Source of the DNA: Raja brachyura
Lineage: Eukaryota
Assembly: GCA_963514005.1 (NCBI GenBank)
Contig: OY740792.1
Span: 67,146,001 to 67,210,000, forward strand
Direction: 5' to 3'
DNA: 64,000 bases
Below the pieces are notes generated by a model, which was not told the origin of the DNA, ran no database searches, and worked only from the letters and a program-made list of their open reading frames with translations. Both the position numbers and the translations under genes were made by a program. The first letter of the stretch is position 1, and every line of letters begins with the position of its first letter. Shown here piece after piece: positions 12,472-25,560 of the stretch.

Positions 12472-14307
12472 GGCTGTGGGCCGAGCAACAAAAAGGTGTC
12501 TAGAAATCAACTTTCGTGACCCATGTCTCGGAACTACATGAAATTTTGTACAGATTTAGATAACATATAATTGAGAAGGAACTCATAACTCGTAAGTGCC
12601 AAAAGTTGCACATTAATTAATTAAACTAATTAGAAAAAGTAAGCGCCATTAGTATCCAGAGCTCATATTACACCATGGGGAGCCTATTTCCGTATTGCAG
12701 TCTCATAAAATATTATTACTATACCATCTATATATATATGTATATATGACGTGAATTTGACTGTAATCATATATAATTATGTATAATTATATTATATAAA
12801 AATAATATAATGAATATAATTGTGAGTTTTTTTTTAATGAGACTGCTGCAGAGGTCCTGCTGAACCAGCCTAATTAATGGGCGAGTGCAGTTCCTGTGGG
12901 TTTCCCCGTTTACTGAACCCCACTGACTGCCAGTGTGCAAACTGGGGGTCACAGCCATAGTGGGACGAGGGCAATGCCAGGCTGGGGGAAGGCTAAGGCA
13001 GGAAAATGCCTAACCCTAACTCGCCCCCCCCCCCCCTTCCAGAGCAGCCCACGGCTGGATAATAGACAATAGGTGCAGGAGTAGGCCATTTGAGCCAGCA
13101 CCGCCATTCAATGTGATCATGGCTGATCATCCACAATCAGTACCCCGTTCCTGCCTTCTCCCCCTATCCCCTGACTCCGCTATTTTTAAGAGCCCTATCT
13201 AGCTCTCTCTTGAAAGCATCCAGAGAACCCGCCTCCACCGCCCTCTGTGGCAGAGAATTCCATAGACTCACAACTCTCTGTGAGAAAAAGTGTTTCTTTG
13301 TCTCCGTTCTAAATGGCTTACACCTTATTCTTAAACTGTGGCCCCTGGTTCTGGCTGGAGCTGGAGCCGCTTTGGGACCGGCTGCAGGTTCCGTCCCTGG
13401 CCCCGCAGCGCGCCCACCTCGGCCAGCACGCCCTTCTGGATCATCGTGGTAATGATGGTGGGGAAGAGCACTGCCCTGCACGCTACCCGGGCCGCCTTCA
13501 GTACCGCCATGGCGCCGGCTCCGTCTTACCAGCAGCCTGATAGCCCGACCGACCCCTCGCCACACCCACCGGAGGCCCGGCCAGATGCTCCCAAACCGGC
13601 GGAGGCCCGGCCAGATGCTCCCAAACCGGCGGAGGCCCGGCCCAATGCTCACCACCCATGAGGAGGCCCGGCCAGATGCTCACCACCCATGAGGAGGCCC
13701 GGCCCAATGCTCACCACCCATGAGGAGGCCCGGCCCAATGCTCACCACCCATGAGGAGGCCCAGCCCAACGCTCACCACCCACCGGCAGCCCGACCGATC
13801 CTCCACAGCATCCATCGGCCTACCGACAAGCCCGACTGACTGATTGACTGACTGACTGACTGACCCTAACCCTAGCAGCACATTTGTTATTTATCATTTT
13901 TATTTAACAGTTCACATTATAACTTTATAAAGCTAAATCAATTGAGAAACAAAATGAACAGCAAGGTGAGCATTACCTTTATTCCTTGGAAACCTTGTTA
14001 TAGTTTTGATGTAATGAGGCGGCAGCCATGATCCCAGGGTCCTTGCTGCCAGCGACCATATAACAAAGCGCGGGATTGGTCACTTTGCGTCCGACCTCAA
14101 TGTCAAACGTGCATTGATTGGGCAATTACTACTTAGAACATTTGAGGTTTTTTTCATATTTCTTAAGAATGTGCAGGTTTTGGTCTTGACGAGTTTCAGG
14201 TTTGATTTATATAATATTTTAAATATGTTATATAATATGTTAAACATTTAGGTAGTTCCGTGAGTTGGGTCACGAACATGAACGACAAAGCTCCTCGGCC
14301 CACAGCT
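12472..14307. mobile_element. Non-autonomous DNA transposon with bipartite TIRs, inserted in a HER1 tail
   Basis: GGCTGTGGGCCGAG and CTCGGCCCACAGCT ends, plus subterminal CGTGACCCA..CGGAACTAC inverted at both ends. Flanks are TTA/TA-like. The LINE tail resumes after 14307. Confidence 0.7.
13570..13785. repeat. GC-rich ~30-bp minisatellite inside the transposon
   Basis: About 7 copies of GGAGGCCCGGCC(A/C)(G/A)ATGCTC(A)CCAC.... Confidence 0.9.
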
Positions 14308-15507
14308 TAGCTGAGGGAAAGATAGATCATCCATGATTAAATAGCCGAGTAGACTCGATGGGATGAATGAACTTACGACTGGTTGGGATCATGAAAATCC
14401 CTTGAGAAATTAAATCCCTCGAGTAGATGTAGGAGAAGAGGGAAATCAGGAGGGCAAAAAGAGGATAAAGTACTGCTTTGGCAAATAATGTCAAAGATCC
14501 TCCAAAGATAGTCGAAGTGTTATTAAGGGCCTAAGAGTAACTAGAGAGAAAATAGGGCTCCTTATAGATCAACAAGGTCATCTCCTGTGGCTCCAACATG
14601 GATAAACAAGATGTTAAACCAAGAGTCAGCTATCAAAAGTGCTTAATTGTTAGATGTACCGCATGGAACAACGGAACAATTAAATGCTTACTTGCTGGCA
14701 GCTTACCAGGTCCATAAATGCAACAGCACACCGATAACATAGAAGACAGAAAAATAGTTGTAGGAGTAGGCTATTCCTCCCTTTGAGCCAGCACCGCCAT
14801 TCAATATGATCATGGCTGATCATCTAAAATCAGTACCCCGTTCCTGCTTTTTCCCCATATCCTATAGCCCACAAGAGTTAAATCTAACTCTCTCTTGAAA
14901 TCATCCAGCGAATTGGCCTCCACTGCCTTCTGTGGCAGAGAATTCCACAGATTCACAACTCTCTGGGTGAAAAAGTTCTTCCTCATCTCACTCCCAACCC
15001 CTTAAACCGTGACCTCTGGTTCTGGACCCAATTTCGGGAAAACATTTTCCTGCATCTAGCATTAGATTAGATTCTTTATTTGTCATTCAGACCTTTCGGT
15101 CTGAACGAAATTTCGTTCCACTGCAGTCATCCATATAAAAAAATTTTAATGACAGAAACACACAATAAACACAAATTTAACATCCACAAATTTAGCATGT
15201 CCAAAAGAATTTTATAGTTTCTATAAGATCCCCTCTCATCCTAAATACCAAATAGTATTTCTAAATGCAAGCCCAGTTGACCCATTCTTTCATCATTTGT
15301 CAGTCCCGCCATTCCGGGAATTAACCTGGTGAACCCACACTGCACTTAAGAGAGATAGAGCTCTAGGGGTTAGTGAAATCAAGGGATATGGGGAGAAGGT
15401 AGGCACGGGTTATTGATTGGGGACGATCAGCCATGATCGCAATAAATGGCGGTGCTGACTTGAAGGGCCGAATGGCCTCCTCCAGCACCTATTTTTTATG
15501 TTTCTAT

Positions 15508-16131
15508 GTTTCCCTCCCTTGCTGTGTCTCTGTCTTTCGCTCTCCCCTTCCCTCCCTCTCTCCCCGTCTCTGTCTTTCACTCTCTCCTTCCCTCCCTCTC
15601 TCCCCGTCTCTGTCTTTCACTCTCTCCTTCCCTCCCTCTCTCCCCGTCTCTGTCTTTCGCTCTCTCCTTCCCTCCCTCTCTCCCCGTCTCTGTCATTCGC
15701 TCTCCCCTTCCCTCCCTCTCTCCCTGTCTCTGTCTTTCACTCTCTCCTTCCCTCCCTCTCTCGCAGTGTCTCTGTCATTCACTCTCTCCTTCCCTCCCTC
15801 TCTCGCTGTGTCTGTCATTCGCTCTCCCCTTCCCTCCCTCTCTCTGTCATTCGCTCTCCCCTTCCCTCCCTCTCTCGCTGTGTCTCTGTCATTCGCTCTC
15901 CCCTTCCCTCCCTCTCTCCCCGTCTCTGTCATTCGCTCTCCCCTTCCCTCCCTCTCTCGCCGTGTCTCTGTCTTTCACTCTCCCCTTCCCTCCCTCCCTG
16001 TCTCTGTCTTTCACTCTCTCCTTCCCTCCCTCTCTCCCCGTCTCTGTCTTTCACTCTCTCCTTCCCTCCCTCTCTCCCTGTCTCTGTCTTTTGCTCTCTC
16101 CTTCCCTCGCTCGCTGTGCCTCTGTCTTTCG
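15508..16131. repeat. Pyrimidine-rich 40-bp minisatellite
   Basis: About 15 copies of GTCTCTGTCTTTCACTCTCTCCTTCCCTCCCTCTCTCCCC. Confidence 0.95.
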
Positions 16132-16579
16132 CTGGAGTAACTCAGCGGGTCAGGCAGCATCTCTGGAAAGGAATAGGTGACGTTTTGGGTCGAGACCTTT
16201 CTTCGGACATTCTACTGATCCAGCCTGACCTGCTGAGTTCTCCAGCATTTTATGTTTTGCTCTTTAAATAAATCTGTTGTCCACTGAAGAAACAACACGA
16301 TAGACCACTCTGGAAGTGCAAGTTTTGCTGAACACTTCATACTGTAGAACATATCATAATACACCTGGAGTGATTTAATGGGGTTAAATTTTTTTTTAAT
16401 TTGCTGTCTAGAGTTAATCGGGTACCCACCCTGTCTACCTTATATCAGATTTAAATCGGAATTCCGATTTTTGTTATCCTATATGTCGAGTTTTAGCGCC
16501 GATTATTTGGCAGCCAATCAACCGCTGTCTCTAAGGGGGTTGCGTCCAATCACCGACGAGCTTCTCTTAAAATTCCCAT

Positions 16580-17025
16580 CAGACAAAAATGCTGGAGAAA
16601 CCCAGTGTGTGAGGCAGCATCTATGGAGTGAAGGAAAGAGGCGACGTTTTGGGTCGAGACCCATCTTCAGACTGATGTGAGGGTGGGAAGAAGAAAGGAA
16701 GAGGCGGAGACAGTGGGCTGAGGGAGAGCTGGGAAGCGGAGGAGAAAGCAGGGACTACCTGATATTGGAGGTCAATTTTTATACCGCTGGGGTGTAAACA
16801 GCCCAAGCAAAATATGAGGTGCTGCTCCTCCAATTTATGCTGAGCCTCACTCTGGCCATGGAGGAGGCCCAGGACAGAAAGGTCGGATTCGGAATGGGAG
16901 GGGGAGTTGAAGTGCTGAGCCAGTGGGAGATCAGGTTGGTTATTGCAGACTGAGTGTAGGTGTTGTGCGAAGCGATTGCCAAGCCTGCACTTGGTCTCAC
17001 CGAGGTTTCTCATACGCTGAATAAT
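16580..17025 (-). mobile_element. Penelope-like GIY-YIG endonuclease fragment plus terminal repeat
   Basis: Peptide GETKCRLGNRFAQHL...AQHFNSPSH...KLEEQHLIF.LG.LHPSG. Confidence 0.88.
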
Positions 17026-17383
17026 CCAACCAGAATTTTGTTTGGAAGTGGAAAGAAATAATAGAAATTGCATTCATTGCAACGTTTAAAAAGAGATGAG
17101 ATACTGTATTGTAATTTTGCTGCATGTCATTGTGGTGTATATCATGTCTTGATTGGTGAATATGTTTAATTTGTGACTTTATTTGAAGCAGAAATAATAT
17201 GTGAAAGCTTCATTTACCATTTACCATAATTCTGACTGGTAACTACGCACTTCGTCCGAGCACATTATCGCACGTGTCATGCACGCCGTCTTAAATGACC
17301 ACCTAAACTGTCTTTTGGCAACCTAAAAAACTGCCTAGGTTGCCCAGCTGGCAACAGGGGAAAAAAGTTAAGTGAGAGCCCTG

Positions 17384-18250
17384 GGAACCAGATGCGAAAG
17401 ACAGTGGTGGAAAATATAATTTCAAAACAATCTAAAATGTCTATTATGATTAATGAATCTACTACTGTTAATGGGAAAACTGTTCTAGTAGTCTGCTTTA
17501 GTGAATGGTCCCAACCTATATCATTCTATTTTGACTTGGAACATATGAAACTTGGTGCAAATGCAAAATCTATATATGATGGGCTTCTAAGGTGCTTACA
17601 AAGAGGTGGTTTTTCAATACAGTATCTAAAAGAAAATGTGATATCACTTGTAACTGATGGTGCATCAGTAATGTTAGGATGAATTGTAGGGGTTGCAAAA
17701 CTATTTCTTGATGATTTCCCTAATGCAACTGTTTGGCACTGTGCCAGTCACAGGCTTGAACTCAGTGTAGGTGATGCTATAAGTGAAGTTGCAGGTTTGG
17801 ATCATTTTCAGATATTTTGTGATAAATTGTATTCCTTATATCATAGGTCTCCTAAAACTCAGGATGAGTTAACTGCATGCTCTGAGGCTCTTCACTGCCA
17901 ACTGTTGAAAATTGGTCGTGTTTTCAATGTGAGATGGGTTGCTTTGTCTTACCGAACTGTAAAGGCAATGTGGCCGTCTTATAAAGCTATTTGGGAGCAT
18001 TTTGGAAAAGCAAGCTGTGATGCTTCAAGATCTAGTGCAGAGAGAGCAAAGTACGAGGGGCTGGAAAAAGTATTAGAATCATCAGCTTTCATAAATAATT
18101 TGGGCTTGTGATGGACAGTTTGCTAGAGTTGTCTGAACTGTCACTGGAACTGCAGAATCGAAATTGTACACTTAGTAAAAACATGAGGAAATTAAACAAA
18201 CTATCAAGGTTCTTGAATGTCAAATAGAGAAGCCAGGAACTTAGTACCCC
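17384..18250 (+). pseudogene. hAT transposase fragment (Tip100/ZNF862-like)
   Basis: Motifs SIMI(D>N)EST, TDGASVMLG, WHCASHRLEL and VRW, with stops. Preceded by a hAT-like end ...AAGTGAGAGCCCTG (17383). Confidence 0.85.
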
Positions 18251-19496
18251 TAGTTCCTAAAACCCATTTCCATCACTAGAAACCGCACAGCTCCATATTC
18301 AGTGATGGTTTCTTCCCAGCTGTTATCATGCAACTGAATCACCTGACCAACAACTGGAGAGCGGTCCTGAGATACTATCAAGTAATTCAAAAGAGATTTA
18401 GATAGAGCTCTTAGGGCTAACGGAATCAAGGGGTATGGGGAGAAGGCTGATTGTGGATGATCAGCCATGATCACATTAAATTACGGTGCTGGCTCGAAGG
18501 ACCGAATGGCCTACTCCTTCACCTATTGTCTATGTATCTATCTCATTAGAGGCCCTTGGACTATCTTTCATCAGACTTTGCTGGTCTTGCTCTTGCACTA
18601 AACGTTATTCACATTATTCCCTTTACCATGTATCTACACACTGTAAATGGCTCGATGGTAATCATGTATTGTCTTTCCGCTGACTGGTTAGCACGCAACA
18701 AAAGCTTTTCACTGTACATGACAATAAACTGAACTAAAGTTAAGTAACATAGACTTCCTTCAAGATATCAGCAGTAACATCTGCAAGCATTCAGGACTTT
18801 CCCCAAGGGAAATACAGAGGAAATATCACAGCAACCATCAACGATCCTAGCAAGAAGCCGGACTGACGCCACTTTACCTGCCGCACCACAGAGGTACATT
18901 CAATCAGGTTTTCAATCTTTAGTTTTAGAAATATTGTGCAGAAATAGACTGTTTGGCCCACCGAGTCCGCGCTGACCAGTGATCCCCGCCCACTAGCGGA
19001 CAATTTACAATCCTACACACACACACGGGACAACTTACAATTTTACCCAGCAAATTAGCCAAAGCTGTACGTCTTTAGAGTGCGAGAGGAAACCAGAGCA
19101 CACAGAGAAAATCCAGATGGAAACGGGGAGAATGTAAACTCCTTATAGACAGCACCCATAATGAGGTTCAAACCTGGGTCTGTTCACCTTCTCTCCCCTG
19201 CATTCTGACTCATTGTTACCCATTATTCATCCAACAATGGTGGTGTCACAGGTACATGGATATGATAGAGGGATATGGGCCAAATGCAGGCAGATGGTAC
19301 TAGTGTAGATGGAACATGTTGGTCAGGGGAGGCAAGTTGGGCTAGAGGGCCTTTATCTACACTGTATGGCTCTAATAAATGTGAATGGAAAGATTGTAAT
19401 GCGAGGAGGTTACTCATAATAACTCTCGCCTCATCAACGGTGAAGAACACCAAGACTGAAACACTTGCAACCACCCACACCCAGAAAGGAACTTAC

Positions 19497-19542
19497 CAGC
19501 AGTAACGAACAAGATGGAAAACACCAGATGTTTGAAGTACAT
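19497..19542 (-). CDS. Signal-peptide exon of the B7-like gene (MYFKHLVFSILFVTA-D)
   Basis: Acceptor TTCTATTTCAG four nt before the ATG, donor G|GTAAGT, phase 1. Joins in frame to the IgV exon, giving ...VTADA|FTTC, a plausible cleavage site. Confidence 0.8.
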
Positions 19543-20069
19543 TATTCTGAAATAGAAGTAACAACTGGTTAGAATGGAGGAGAGCGAGCATTTAAAGTCA
19601 ACTCGAATGATCACAAAAGCTTAAGAGTTCATTTCCCAAAGTGAGAGTGCTCCTGACCACCCATCTACCTCATTGGAGACCCTTGGACTATCTTTAATCA
19701 GACTTTAACTTGCAGTAAACATTAATCACATTATCCTGTATCTATACTCTGTGGGTGGCTTGAATATAATCATGTATAGTCTTCCCACCTACAGTGTAGC
19801 ATGCAACAGAAAAGCTTTTCACGACATGTGACCATAATCTAAACTAATTAGTTCTGTTCATTTGACTATTTTTACTCTGTACATGCAGACAGATAAAGTC
19901 AATGAGGGGTCCCGACCCGATACGTCACCTATCCATGTTGTTCAGTGATGTTGCCTGACCCGCTGAGTAACTCCAGCACTGTCAGTCTATCTTTGGTATG
20001 AATCAGCATCTGCTGTTATTAGATAAGTGTTGGTCTTGGCATCATGTTCCTGTGCCATCTTTTATTTGG

Positions 20070-20718
20070 ATATATGCCTTCATCAGTCAGAATATTGAGT
20101 ATAGAAGTTGGGAAGTCACGTTGCAGTTGTATAAGATGTTGGTGAGACTGCATTTGGAGCTTTTTTTTTCAGTTCTGGGCACCATATTATAGAATAGATG
20201 CTGTCAAGCTGGAATGGGTACAGAGAAGATTTATAAGGATGTTGCCAGGGCTAGAGGGTCTGAGATTTAGGGAGAGGTTGAGTAGGCTGGGACTCTATTC
20301 CTTGGAGCACAGGAGGATGAGGGGTGATCTTATAGAGGTGTATAAAATCATGAGAAAAAGGGGAGGTGCAATGAGATCTGGGTGTCCTTGTTCATCAGTA
20401 ACTGAAAGTAAGCATGCAGGTACAGTAGGCAGTGAAGGAAGCTGATGGCATGTTGACCTTCATAACAAGAGGAGTTGAGTATAGGAGAAACTAGGTCCTT
20501 CTGCAGTTGTACAGGGCCCTAGTAAGACCACACCTGGAGTATTGTGTGTAATTTTGGTCTCCAAATTTGAGGAAGAACATTCTTGCTATTGAGAGAGTGC
20601 AGCGTAGGTATATGAGGGTAATCAAAGTCAAAGTCAAAAATTCCCGGGATGGCGGGACTGTCATATGTTGAAAGAATGGAGCGACTTGGCTTGTATACAC
20701 TGGAATTTAGAAAGATGG
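20070..20718 (+). mobile_element. Two fused CR1 RT C-terminal fragments
   Basis: LQLYK.LVR.HLE and RLGLYSLE.RRMRGDL motifs occur twice. Confidence 0.8.
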
Positions 20719-20719
20719 G

Positions 20720-21245
20720 AGCTCGGCAGCAGGAAATGCAACACTTGTCGCTTTACCTCCTCCCTTGACTCCATCTAAGCACCCAAGCAGTCTTTCCAGG
20801 TGCGGCACCTGCATCTCCTCCAACCTCATTTATTGCATCTGCTCCTCTAGGTGTCAGCTGCTCTACATCGGTGAGACAAAACATAGGCTTGGCGATTGCT
20901 TCGCCCAACACCTCCGCTCGGTTCGCAATAACCAACCTGATCTCCCGGTGGCTCAGCACTTCAACTCCCCTTCCCATTCCGAATCTGACCTTTCTGACCT
21001 GGGCCTCCTCCATGGCCAGAGTGAGGACCACCGTAAATTGGAGGAGCAGCACCTTATATTTCACTTGGATAGTTTACACCCCAGCGGTATGAACATTGAC
21101 TTCTCCAATTTCAGGTAGTCCCTGCTTTCTCCTTCTTTCCCCTCCCCTTCCCAGCTCTTCCACAGCCCACTGTCTCCGCCTCTTCCTTTCTTCTTCCCAC
21201 CCTCCCCAACCCCACATTAGTGTGAAGAAGGATCTCAACCCGAAA
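20720..21245 (+). mobile_element. Penelope-like GIY-YIG endonuclease fragment
   Basis: Peptide SNLIYCI.C..CQLLYIGETK.RL..F.QH...HFN...E..LI..L....P.GMN. Confidence 0.9.
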
Positions 21246-22189
21246 CAGCATCAGAGAAAAAAAGTTAAGTGAGAGCCCTGCTGTTGGTTAACACAACTAG
21301 TCATAAATATCAAGCGTAGACACAAAGTGCTAGAGTAACTCAGCTTCTTTTGAGAAAAGGAGTAGGTGGCATTTCGGGTCGAAAGCCTTCTTCAGACTGA
21401 ATGTAGAGGGGGCGGGGTGGGCACAGCAAATAGATTGAGGGTGAGAAAAGGCTACAGTTTATTTTGTGTCCTGCCTTCCACCTCTAATTTCGATCTGAAG
21501 AAGGGTTCCAACCCAAAACCTATTCCTTTTCTCGAGTGATGCTGCCTGACCCGCTGAATTATTCCAGCATTTTGCGTCCATCTTCGGTGTAAACCAGCAT
21601 TTGTATTTTCTTCCTACACAGCTGGCCATTAATATTAGTCCATCGTTACGGTGCCTGTGAAATATGAATATTCTCATGAAAAGTAATAAGAGACTACAGA
21701 TGTTGGCACATTGAGCAAAACACAAAATGCTGGAGAACAAAATTGAGTCTGCAGAAGGGTCCCGACCCACAGTCACCTATCCACATTCTCTAGAGATGCT
21801 GCCTGACCCTCTGTGTTACTCCAGCACTTTGTGTCTCCTGTTGGAAACCAGCAGCTGCAATTCCTTGTTTCTACAAATTGCTGGAGAAACTCAGTGAGTT
21901 TAGCTTAGTTTAGATATACAACGTGAAAACAGGCCCGAACACTAGTTCCATCATACACTGACAATTTATAGTAGCCAATTAACCTGCAAACCTGCACTCT
22001 TTGGGATGTGGGAGGAAACCAGAACACCTGGAGAAAACCCACATGGTCACAAGGAGAATGTGCAAACACCTCAAGGAGAATGCAAACTCCTTAATGACAG
22101 TACCCAAGGTCAGGATTGAACCTGGGTCTCTGGTGCTGTGAGGCAGGAACTCTACTGCTCTGCCACTGTGCCGTACTCATGATCAGGTC

Positions 22190-22907
22190 AGTGGATAGAC
22201 CAAAGGGCCTCATACCCATACATTCCACATAATGGAAAGGGTCAAGAGCTTCAAATTCCTGGGTGTGCACATCTCTGAAGATCTCTCCTGGTCCGAGAAC
22301 ACTGATGCAATCATAAAGAAAGCACATCAGTGCCTCTACTGCCTGAGAAGATTACGGAGACTCGGTATGTCAAGGAGGACTCTCCCTAACTTCTACAGGT
22401 ACACAGTAGTGAGCATGCTGACCGGTTGCATCGTGGCTTGGTTCGGCAACTTGAGTGCCCAGGAGCGGAAAAGACTACAAAAAGCAGTAAGCACTGCCCA
22501 GTCCATCATCGGTTCTGACCTCCCTACCACCGAGGGGATCTATTACAGTCGCTGCCTCAAAAAGGCTATCAGCATCATCAAGGGCCCACACCATCCTAGC
22601 CACACAATCATCTCACCGCTACCTTCAGGTAGAAGGTGCAGGAGCCTGAAGACTGCAACATCCAGGTTCAGAAACAGCTTTTTCCCCCACAGCCATCAGG
22701 CTATTGAACTCAACTCAAACAAAACTTTGGACATTAATAGCCCATTAACTGTTTTATTTATTCATGCATGTATATATTTATATAACAGTATATGGAACAC
22801 TGATCTGTTCTGTATTCCTGCCTTCTATATTCTGTTGTGCTGAAGCAAAGCAAGAATTTCATTGTCCTATCTGGGACACATGACAATAAACTCTCTTGAA
22901 TCTTGAA
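22190..22907 (+). mobile_element. Rex1/Babar LINE 3' part (ORF 22232-22843)
   Basis: Peptide ERVKSFKFLGVHISEDLSW, FYR...S.LTGCI.AWFG, LPSGRR.RS, with tail TGACAATAAA(CTTGAAT)n. Confidence 0.9.
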
Positions 22908-23319
22908 TAATTCCTTCCACCACCTAAAACAATGGTTTAAAAACTCTTACAAAAGATAAAGAATGCTTGATGCAACTCAGCAGGAAATGGAAACTAAGGC
23001 AATTAAAATTCTGGTGGCGGAGGGGTCTTCAACATGAAATATTGGCCCCTTGTTCTCTCCCCGCACATGCTGCCCGACCTGCTGAGTTTCCAACATTTTC
23101 TGCTGATATTTTAGGTTTCCAGCATCCACGGTGTTTATTTAGGCCTAATATCCCTCGACGCCTTGCCTATCCCTATACGCCTTGATCATTACTGTGCTAC
23201 AATGATCAAAGGAACTTAGTAAACAGACCTGCAATATTAACATAACATATATAAAACATATATATTTACAAGTGGAATTATAATTACAAAACATTGACAC
23301 GGAATACGTACATTTATGG

Positions 23320-23620
23320 AAAGTCACCCCGAGCATCTGCAGATCTGTCCTAAACCTTTTCCCTCCAACTCCACTGTGAGATGAGGAAGTAAAAATTGAT
23401 ACAGAATCAGGTCCGGCCCAATCGGATGCCAGATTGCCGGCCGCGTCACTAGTTGCGAGGCAGAGGCGAGATCGGCAGGTTGCAAATAGGTGCGTTCATC
23501 CACCATTGCGCCTGCGCGCACCCGCTGCGACGCCGGCACTCCCCCTCCCCTTCCTAACCTTCCTTCCAATCCAGCCCTTGTGGACCGTCCCGTCCACAGG
23601 GCACCTCTCTGTGTCGGAGT
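23320..23620 (-). promoter_or_regulatory. CpG-rich candidate promoter / first exon of the B7-like gene
   Basis: Apparently non-repetitive CpG-dense patch upstream of the leader exon. Contains an NRF1-like TGCGCCTGCGC, a CCAAT box, an ETS site GGAAGT and a possible donor GG|GTGACT at ~23327. Confidence 0.55.
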
Positions 23621-24050
23621 GTTTGTATCACTTTAATAATCTTTTTCATTTGTAAAATAGTTATGTTGATGTTATACTTTTTAGATTATTCGTTTATTAA
23701 ATGTTGAGTTGGTTGGTCAGAATTATCAAAACAGTATACTGAGGGATACATATTGATACATGTTGCTTTATTTTTAATACACTAATGTCTACAAGATAAG
23801 CAGTGGCCAGTTCAAGCGCACTGCACTCCAAAGATAATCTTTGCTGCACTCTACATGAAACATATCCGGTTTTGGTGCAGTTATTGCCGAACTGAAACCT
23901 AAAACACAATGACTTGAATATTCAAATATGTGAGGCTGGTAAGTTAGTGGAATTTATCAAAAAGTTTATGTAATGAATCACATGCATTAATGTCAATGTA
24001 TCCGTTGATTTCAGGGGTTTAGGTTAAAGTGACTTGTTGACCAAGTCCGT

Positions 24051-24127
24051 GAAATGGAAACAGAAAGTCAGAGAAACGAAACTTAGTGGCGATTCTCCAC
24101 TAACGAAACTTAATAGGGAGATTCTTC
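24051..24127. promoter_or_regulatory. IRF/ISRE motif cluster with adjacent kappaB-like sites
   Basis: GAAATGGAAACAGAAAGT, GAAACGAAACT and AACGAAACT. The last two are followed by GGCGATTCTCC and GGGAGATTCTTC. Confidence 0.55.
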
Positions 24128-24622
24128 ATGGTGGGTGTGGTACAATCTGCATCAGCAGGGTCTTGATCGTTTGGCAGGTGGGCTGAGGAATAGTTGATGG
24201 AATTTAATACAGAGAAAATGTGAGGTGTTGATAAGAGGACATCGTTTAGCAATGTTACACCATTTTGAGATTTTAAAAATCAAGTCTGCAATTTATTCCA
24301 TCAGATAAAGTAAAAGAATAAGTTTAATTTGACACCTAATTCACTTTCACATCTTCAGTATTTAAAACGTTATGGCCATTTTCATACTAGTAAATTAGCA
24401 TCTTGTTCCCTATTGCTTTTCCATTGACTTAACTCAAAAGCTGTGATGGAGGACAGTCAAAAGCCCATCACTTTCTTAAAAATTAAGAGAACTGAATGAA
24501 ATTTTCAGTTATTATAGATTGAAGCATTCCAAAACAAATATGAAACAATCTTACTTGGATGACCTGAAATTCAAGCATATAATTAGTTAGTTACCTAATT
24601 GTAGCTAATTACAAAATTGACC

Positions 24623-25412
24623 TATTATATATACATAAGTATTCGATTAATGTAAGGCATAACTTAATTCAATTTAAAATGTTACATAGATTATATTACT
24701 CGAAAACCAGATTGAATAAAATATTTCCAAACGTTTCCCCCATTTGTGACAAATGTCTAACTCAGAACTTTTACAAAATAATTCAACACAAAATTGAACC
24801 CCAATACAGAACTGATTACCTTCGGTTCAATGGAAGAGGGACATAAATTAACTACGTTCCAAGAAGCTCTCTTTAATGATGGTTTAATAACAGCAAAAAA
24901 ACTTATACTTAAATTTTGGAAAAACGCATCTACGCCAACGTTTAAAATGTGGATTTCAAATATGTCGGAAACACTACATCTTGAAGAAATGAGATTCCTC
25001 CTACTAGACAAAGTAGACCAATTCTTAAAGATTTGGTCTCCTTTTATCGACTTCTTACAAGCATATGGTGCAACATAACATAACCGTAGAAATTCAATGG
25101 TTCAGAACCGGGTGACTGATGGGTAAAGATATTAAATAGGTATATCTCTCCTAATTTATTTTCTTTCTATTTTCTCTTTTTTTTCAATCTCCTTAGCTTC
25201 TTATCTCTGCTTTTTGTCTCTCTCGCTATTCGTTTCTACTCTCTTGTCTATCTATTTTGACACTCTTTATTTTCCTCTTTCTATCACTGCTCTTTTATTA
25301 TTAAATTAAAAATAAGAAGTTGTACAAGAATCGTAACGTGTATGTATGTATCTATCAGGTACTTAGGTACCACGTTACTGTACTTCTAACAAAAATATAT
25401 ATTTTTTAAAAA
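24623..25412 (+). mobile_element. 5'-truncated L1-clade LINE (ORF2 C-terminus, 3' UTR)
   Basis: Peptide LIQFKMLHRLYYS..RL..C.KC, AKKLILKFWK..W.PF. TSD-like ACAAAATTG(A)CC on both sides. Confidence 0.85.
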
Positions 25413-25560
25413 TGACAAAATTGCCGTTGTGACAGAAATAGTAATAAACACCCAGACTGCTTTGAAAATTCAAAAATGTGATATTTTCAAGATCAGAACT
25501 TTAATATTATTGTATTATATGCTGTAAGTCCGTTAAAGATATGTAAATAATTTACAATTT

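Noticed and set aside
15433-16271. Three long S/L/P-rich ORFs
   Set aside because: By-product of a stop-free 40-bp minisatellite open in all frames.
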